Translations under genes and position numbers: made by a program
Shown: positions 56,884-64,000 of the stretch, piece after piece
How the letters are laid out: every line of letters begins with the position of its first letter
Position numbering within the stretch: the first letter of the stretch is position 1
Origin: Paramecium tetraurelia
Taxonomy: Eukaryota
Assembly: GCA_000165425.1 (NCBI GenBank)
Contig: CT868010.1
Span: 1 to 64,000, forward strand
Length of the DNA: 64,000 nt
Reading direction: 5' to 3'
Notes under the pieces: generated by a model
The model's database searches: none
What the model saw: only the letters and a program-made list of their open reading frames with translations
What the model was told of the DNA's origin: nothing

Positions 56884-58335
56884 TCATTAATTTTGTTTAT
56901 CATTTACTTATTACTGAATTTATTATTATGATAATAGTTATTGTTATGGAAATTTGATTGTTTTTGCTCTTATTCTCTCTTCAAACTACAAAAGGTCTTT
57001 TGGATCACCATCCTTTTCAGTTCTTTTTAGATACATAGCATCCTCAATGTCATCAAATTCTTTTTTAACAAACAATAGCTCTGTAGCCAAATTATCATCA
57101 GGTACTTTATATTGTCTTATTTATCCATTTATCTTAATCCATTACTTCTCCTCTTATTTCAGATAGGCCTTACATATTTCACATAACATATCAAAATTAG
57201 TTCTATTGTTGCACTTAGTACAGCGCTCTATTTTGATCTATTAATCTAATATAAACAAGAAAAATACAATCACTTAAAAGTTTTTATCAAATCTTTCGTC
57301 CTCAGTTAGTTGACTTGGATCCAAATCCTGTAATGAGAATTACAATTGACTTAAAATCTAAGCACTTAATACTTTTATTATGAATCCTCTATAAATGCTG
57401 TATTGAAGGCAAGTCTAAACATTTTTTCTATCTATAACATTCCTTCATTAAAAACTTTAATCAAAATATCCCCGTAAATAGGCATTGGTTTATCCAGTTG
57501 TAGCTAATTACTAATACATAAATACGTCATGCTAATTTCCTGTATATTTTTTGGCCTCTCTTGAAGTGGAATATAATTGTTTATCATTTTTAACTTGGAT
57601 CACTTCCATGTATGGTTTACAACCACCACTCATTCTAAAGGCAGGAGCTCTGTAATTATAATCGTCAAATGAATCTTACTTTCCCTAAAATGTGATGCTT
57701 TTAATTGTAACCACAGTAGGGTATATCACTTAATCTGTAGTCAAAAGTTTATGGAAGTATTCTACATATTTAACTTAACAAGGTTGATTAACTCCTAAAC
57801 CCTCTTTCTCAAATCTCTTCTTCCCATAATAATAAAGCACATCCTTCACACACTTGAATTTCCCTGTGTAGAGTAGATAACAACATATAATAGTGCCTGT
57901 TCTGCCTTTGCCTGCAAGACAATGTATGACCACTACGTTACTTATGTTACCTATTCTCAATATCAATATCACCTTTCAGATAACCATGGATGAGATCACA
58001 GATTTCAAATAGAAGATCCAAAGGAGGAGAATGATGATCTTTCCAAATCCAACAATCTTGTACAATTCCTTTAAATTTCATGAAGTCGTATTTCCTACCA
58101 CTTAAATTGAAAACCATATAATCTGAATAATGTTGTGTATTTAAATAGGCAGCAACCTAATTATAATAAAGGTTTCACCCACCTAATCTATTGGATTTCG
58201 ATATAAACCTTCTAATCCTTCTCCTGGATAGCTCATAGCAATTATTCTTTTTGTAACATAGCTCAGATCAAGATTATATCCCTCTTATATCAAACGCTTC
58301 TTTTTCCCAGAAACCTTTTCCCTTATGTAATTCAT
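56884..58335 (-). CDS. PTEN: PTEN-like phosphoinositide phosphatase with C2 domain
   Basis: [59 protein letters not shown]; multiple tiny introns. Confidence 0.9.
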
Positions 58336-58700
58336 TTTAAAATAAAAATAAAAAATCTAATACTAAGGATTTCTAATAGATTATAAAATTAGCTATATTC
58401 AGAATGATTATTAACTCAAGAACTTACTAGATACCAATTTGCTATAAAATCATATTATGAGTTAAATTTATACAATTTAGGATTAAATAACCCCATTTTT
58501 AGATTCAAATTAATTATTTGATTTTAAATTGGTGCAATTTAATAAATTGATAACTTATCCTATTAAGGATTATTCAAGCAATTTTCAGTTTTCAATAATT
58601 ATTCTTCTTTTACTGCACTCTTCATTGATAAAGTTATATTGATGTTTACTATATATTAATCTTTAGCATTTTAAATATATATTATAAAAATAATATTAAT

Positions 58701-61381
58701 TCATCTACGTGAATAATAAAACTTGTCGATCTTATCATCTAACACTTTCCTATAGGGTTTATTATTAAAATTTGGTATTGAGGAGTTTTGTATTATGTTG
58801 GTACTCTCAGCTAGTTCTTGATCCAACTTAGAACCTATTGTATTATAATTGTAATCTGTAGTGTATCTATTTTAATACCAACTTTGAGGTGGGGACTTTG
58901 GCTTATTCTAATTCTCTTCTTAATTTTTAGGTTAAGCATACGTTACTGTTGGTTACTCCACCTTTCTTTTATCTTATCTAGGTGAGGGGTGTGGTGAAGG
59001 TATTTTATTTTGAGATCCAATCTTTTCTGTAGGATATTTAGGTGTTTCTAAGATTGATGATTATTTATCTTATTTTGTTAACATAGGAGGTCTTGGTGGT
59101 TGCTCCACTGGTTTCTTTGGTTTTTCTTCCTTAGGGGAATATGAATGTTATTGTCTCTTTTTAGCTTCCCTGTCCTCTCTTTCCATTTTCTTTTTATCCT
59201 TTTTCGCTTATTTCAGACTCAGTATATCCAACTATGAGGCATCACTCTATTTCTTTTAAGGTTTATTATAGTTGTTGCCTATTTAATGAAAGGGATAGTT
59301 ATTTGGTTGGGCTTAAGGCGAATAATATTAATCATTCATTATTGGATAATGGTTTTAAGCTGGCTGTTAATTGCCTCCTTTTATTTGAGGATTTTATGGT
59401 TAATTTGGATTTTGATATGGATTTTAATACATATTTTAAGGTTGATTGTTGGGTTAAGGTGGGAATTATTAAAAATTATTATTATTGTATTAAATAGGTT
59501 AATACATTGGTGCTTATTATATATTTTGTTTTTTATCATTTGCCATACTTGCAACTAATCTGAATTCAACAAATGATATATATTCATCACTATTCAAATT
59601 GAACACTTTGAATAAATCTGCCATTTCTTCAACTGTTAATTAACCATTTAAACTCCATATTAATTGACTAAATTCTTAGAAATTTAAGAAGTTGTCCTTA
59701 TCATAATCAAATTATTAGAATAGACTCAAAACATCCATTGATTTTGATTTTATAATATTCCTAATCATTAGAATTGTTCTTTCAAGCTTATCACTTCTTC
59801 CAAAACCTGCTCCTGCTGGAATAGATGTTGAACTTTTCATTTAATTTTAAGGAAACAATTAAGGCTAAGGTTAAGGTTGGGGAAAGAATTATTGTTATGG
59901 AGGCTAATTGGTGTTAATGGGAAACTAATTCTATTGTTATTAATATCCTATTGGCTATTATTAATATTACGGTTATTAATAACCAATTGGCTGCTACTAT
60001 TACTACTATACTTATTATTATTAATAATTAACTGGCTATTAAAATGGATTCATTTATTACTATTAGGGGGTCTATTAGTTAAATTGATTCTATTTTTATT
60101 ATCCAAAATCTAATGGTTAATTATTAGTTTTAGGTTATTGTGCTATTTTGCTTTATAAATTATCTGGTTTGTTAATTTTAAAAAATGCCATTCTGGTATT
60201 ATTACTACTAATCCATAATTTAAACTCATCAAAGGAGATGCTATTACTTCCATCCTTGTCTATCTATTAGAATATGTAATAGCAATCTTCTTTTGTTACT
60301 TTCTTGTCAATCATACTGATAAATGTGGTAAATTCATCAAAATCTAGTAATCCATTATGATTGGCATCTATTTTCTAATAAACATCCTACAAATCTAGGT
60401 TCTTTTTGATTATCTTCTATCTTATTTGAGTCATTAAATATTTCTTATTATCCTTAACAATATCTTCATTCTTATTTTGCAATTTGGCATTGATTATTGG
60501 ATGAGACAGCACTTTAGTCCAATCAAATCTTTTCTCTATGATTATTTAAATACAAAATTACCTTCTTGGTAAACTAAACACCCTTCTATAAATGATTTCA
60601 TCCCTCCAGATATTTAGCCCTATTGAATTTCAAACTTTTTCGATCGACAAAATTTTAAATACTCGTCTATGCTAGAAGCCTGAAAAGGTAGAACACCAGT
60701 AAGACATTCATAAACAATAACTCCCAAAGACCAAATATCACATTTATTTGAATATTTAGCTTTATTTTCAAGTACCTGTGGTGCAGAATAATAAAATTGT
60801 TGGGGTTTAGTCTTATTGTCCTTTTTGAAACTTTCGATGGTCTTAACAAAGCCAGGGTCTAGATTGTTTATTAATTAATTAGTACCTGAAATAATATATG
60901 ATCCATTGTCGTAAAGGATGTTGCTAGGTCTTAAATCTCTATGGATTATACCTTGCTTAATTAATTCTGAAAAGCCATCAATGAGATCGTTGATCAGTTT
61001 GATCGTTTCCGTTTCAGGCAATTTTCTTTGCTTTTACAGAATTCTAATACTTAGTAGTAATATTACGTTTGTAAATTAGATTATCGATAAGGACAAACCA
61101 CATAGAAAAATGTTTAGGACTCAATGACTTCTATTATTGGGTTTATTTTGGGATGCTTGAGCTTTTGCATGAGTGCCATCTCTTCGGTCAAAGCTGCTGA
61201 CATTATGTTGTCATCTTTCAATAATGATTTCTGCAACAATCGAAGGACCACTTCCTAGTTATTCTTTTTATTGATCCCTTTATGTAACTAATTGTTAATA
61301 AATTAACCATACTTTTCCTAGAGTTCCTTATCCAATGCATTCGTTAGAATTAAAAGTAAAATCCCCTATATTTCTAGACAT
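58701..61381 (-). CDS. ULK-like kinase-fold protein with two EF-hand pairs and Q/P-rich linkers
   Basis: [32 protein letters not shown]-hands [48 protein letters not shown]. Confidence 0.85.
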
Positions 61382-61415
61382 ATATTTTTGATAATATAAA
61401 TAAATCAAAGAAATA

Positions 61416-62421
61416 ATGAGTAAACATAGGTTCTTAAACTATACAAATCAAGACTCATAAACTAAATTTATAGTATATAATATTACAACTTAAATTCTTG
61501 CTTCAACCGATTTATTATTAATCTTTAAATTACCAATTTATATAGATGGAGCTATTTAAATACCAATATCTGATGGCAGATGAGTACTTCTTAGAACACA
61601 ACGAATCCTATTCGGCATTTTCTTTTGGGGATATTTAATTTTTTGTGAATTTAAATGACTTCGAAGCTCCCATTTTTTAACCCTCCAAAATTCATAATCC
61701 TTATGCAAGTCTGATTGGGAACTATTGTATCCCTGGTATCATGATTATTTATCCAAAATATTAGAATCCTCCATTTTTTTCATCAATAAAGTTGATCCAA
61801 TATTTGTTGTAATCAGACTATTAAGAAATAAACTAGCAAATGAGTAGTAAGCCAAGTCTATTGAGTTTGAGAACATCTTCGACAATGAAGACGCTTTTCA
61901 AATTTATTTAAGTAAATGCAAATCCATAAGGGAGAATTTTGATAGCATAAGTATCACAAAAGAAGTTGGTGATGAACTATATGTGAAATTGGACAAAGGA
62001 AGACTATTTCAATTCTTAGATGCTAAATACAATAACATTCGCCAATATTCCTAATAAGGTATTTATTATGTAAATGATTGCAATTAAAAAAAATAAGATG
62101 GTACTTTATAATTTATAACTAGAATTTGAGTTATAAGCTTGCATTCTATTTAAATAATATATGGGCGATCAGTTATTCAATGAGTTTGAGGCGGCAAGGA
62201 AGCTTATTGTACTTAATTAGATAGCAAATTCTAAAGTAGTACTTGAGTAAGTTGATAGAGATGAAAAAGCAGATCGCGTGGATAAAGAGAACCAATAGAA
62301 AAAGAACACTAACTAAGAGAAATTAAAGGCTTCCGAAACAAAAACTTTAGAAGCGGGCAAAAAATGTCACAAATTGGACTCATTTTGCAATAAAAATAAA
62401 GAGTTATAGTAAAAGTCATGA
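61416..62421 (+). CDS. Probable ribonuclease H2 subunit B
   Basis: SLIGNYCIPESSIFFINKVDPIFVV, KEVGDELYVKLDKGRLFQFLDAK, C-terminal PIP-box-like KCHKLDSF; start either 61416 (73-nt intron) or 61546. Confidence 0.55.
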
Positions 62422-62781
62422 TTAGTTTCTAATATATTTATTTATTTTTAAATTCTTGATACCTTTCTTATAATGAAATTTTTAAATTGCTTTAGTTTAA
62501 TTTAATTATAAAATACAAATTATTAAAAAATAATTGAACCCCTTTTTTAAATAAATATAATAAAAATAATACTGAATTATAATTTATAACCCCTTATTTA
62601 ATTAAAATATATAAAATATATTTTAAAGTTCTTGAAGAAAAGGTCAGAAACTAATGAGGCTTTCATAAATTAGGTGATGGACTCTCTGTACTTAATTAAG
62701 AACTAGGATGATGGGAGAGATTTAGATGTTGGTGGAGGATGATGAATGTAAACACATAAATTAGAAAGTTAATTGATATAA

Positions 62782-63950
62782 TCATATTTCATGTTCCTCT
62801 TTAATTTCAGGGGTTGGATTGAAGTAGGAACTATAATAGGTATGCATGCTTGACTATTATTAGATGAAGGCGCTTATATTCATAGTCTATTAAATTGTGT
62901 ACAAAAATACATAATATGGTGAAGGATGTGGTTGAAAAAATAATAATTACTCAGGTTTAACCAAGATTGCACCATAACTGTTATTTTAGTCTATGTTTTA
63001 GGATGTGAAAGATGAAATTGATTAATACATTAATTGTGTAGGATGATATGTATTATGATGAAATACAAATTTCGAATATAGTTTTGGCAGAGGACATGAT
63101 TTCATTGTGAAAATTGGATGTTTCAGTTATATCTTCTAGAGTATGAGCTAGGGAATATGGATGCATTTGAAATACATGGTCAATATCAATGTTACTTAAT
63201 TTGGTTTTTAATTTTTGGCTCTTGGATCTGCTTTTGGAGATATTTTTCTTTTCCAAGTCATCATTGTATGATTCACTAGATTAAATAACACACATACTTT
63301 AATTGTTGTAATGTTTGAAAAATGGATTTAATTTTATCAATGTCCTCAATATCAATTTATTAGGATAAGTTAAAATTTTTGTATTTTAATATAATATTTC
63401 GAAAGAGCTGTGCAAATTCCACTTCGATTCCAGCATAATTGACTTAATTCTAATTGACACAAAATATTTAGGAAATAACAGACGGTTTTAGAGTTTTAGT
63501 CATTTAAGATCCTTTTTTAGTAATTTGATATTCTTACCATTTTTGGTTCCATTAACAGTCTTGGAAAGACGTCTAAGAACTTTTCGAACTAATGAGTAAA
63601 AATAGTTTTTAATTAAACCATCCGTTCTTTAGGGTAATTCTTTTGCAATGATCCTCTTTTTAAGTATAAATTTAGACAATTACCCATCTGTTACCATATT
63701 TGCTTTGCAACTCGAAGAGTTTATCAACTTCATTTTGAGTCCATTGATCTTTGTTGACAAAAGGATTTAACTAATTATGGAATCTCTCTTTGCATGATTT
63801 TCCTGATCTTTTATACCCGATGGATATCATTTATTTCGAAATTCGTCTCCAATTGTAATTTTGACTCTTGCATATTTCAAGCAATGCCTTATCTTCCTTG
63901 TTTAATAAGTTTAAATTATATACTTCTGGTCTCCAATTCTTCCTTCTCAT
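62782..63950 (-). CDS. R2R3-type Myb transcription factor
   Basis: WRPEEDKALL..NWRRIS..RSGKSCKERFHNQLNP..WTQNEVDKLFELQSKYGNRWRIIAKELPQRTDGLIKNYFY; about five tiny introns. Confidence 0.9.
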
Positions 63951-64000
63951 AATTAATATATATAAATTATATATATAATAGACCATTCAACTCATCTTAA

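Noticed and set aside
59234..60113. Leu/Ile-rich plus-strand ORFs resembling membrane proteins
   Set aside because: Antisense of TAA/TAG/CAA-encoded poly-Gln tracts of the minus-strand gene.

Overview
AT-rich eukaryotic DNA that reads as a Paramecium-type ciliate macronuclear scaffold. Genes open only under genetic code 6 (TAA/TAG=Gln, TGA sole stop) and carry tiny GT..AG introns of about 20-30 nt, so the supplied standard-code ORF track is mostly fragments and antisense artefacts. The first ~25 kb look subtelomeric or accessory: a GC-rich structured terminal segment, an assembly gap, a Cys-rich surface protein, an E2 with catalytic Cys->Ser, a frameshifted CK1 pseudogene, a GKW-repeat gene, a divergent alpha-like tubulin, an MFS transporter and a WD40 gene. 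From ~25 kb the region is very compact: START protein, CFAP77, three Myb factors, PLK1, UBA-PUB protein, NEK, SPEF2, ULK-like kinase, two trichocyst-matrix-like proteins, eIF2A, PTEN, probable RNase H2B and three predicted pseudokinases. The most notable points are the many pseudoenzymes, head-to-head start codons only 15-34 nt apart, a candidate intronization or frameshift, two oversize introns and the structured 210-nt terminal element. No wholly new multi-gene system can be firmly supported. All translations and splice sites were derived by hand, so coordinates may be off by a few bases.
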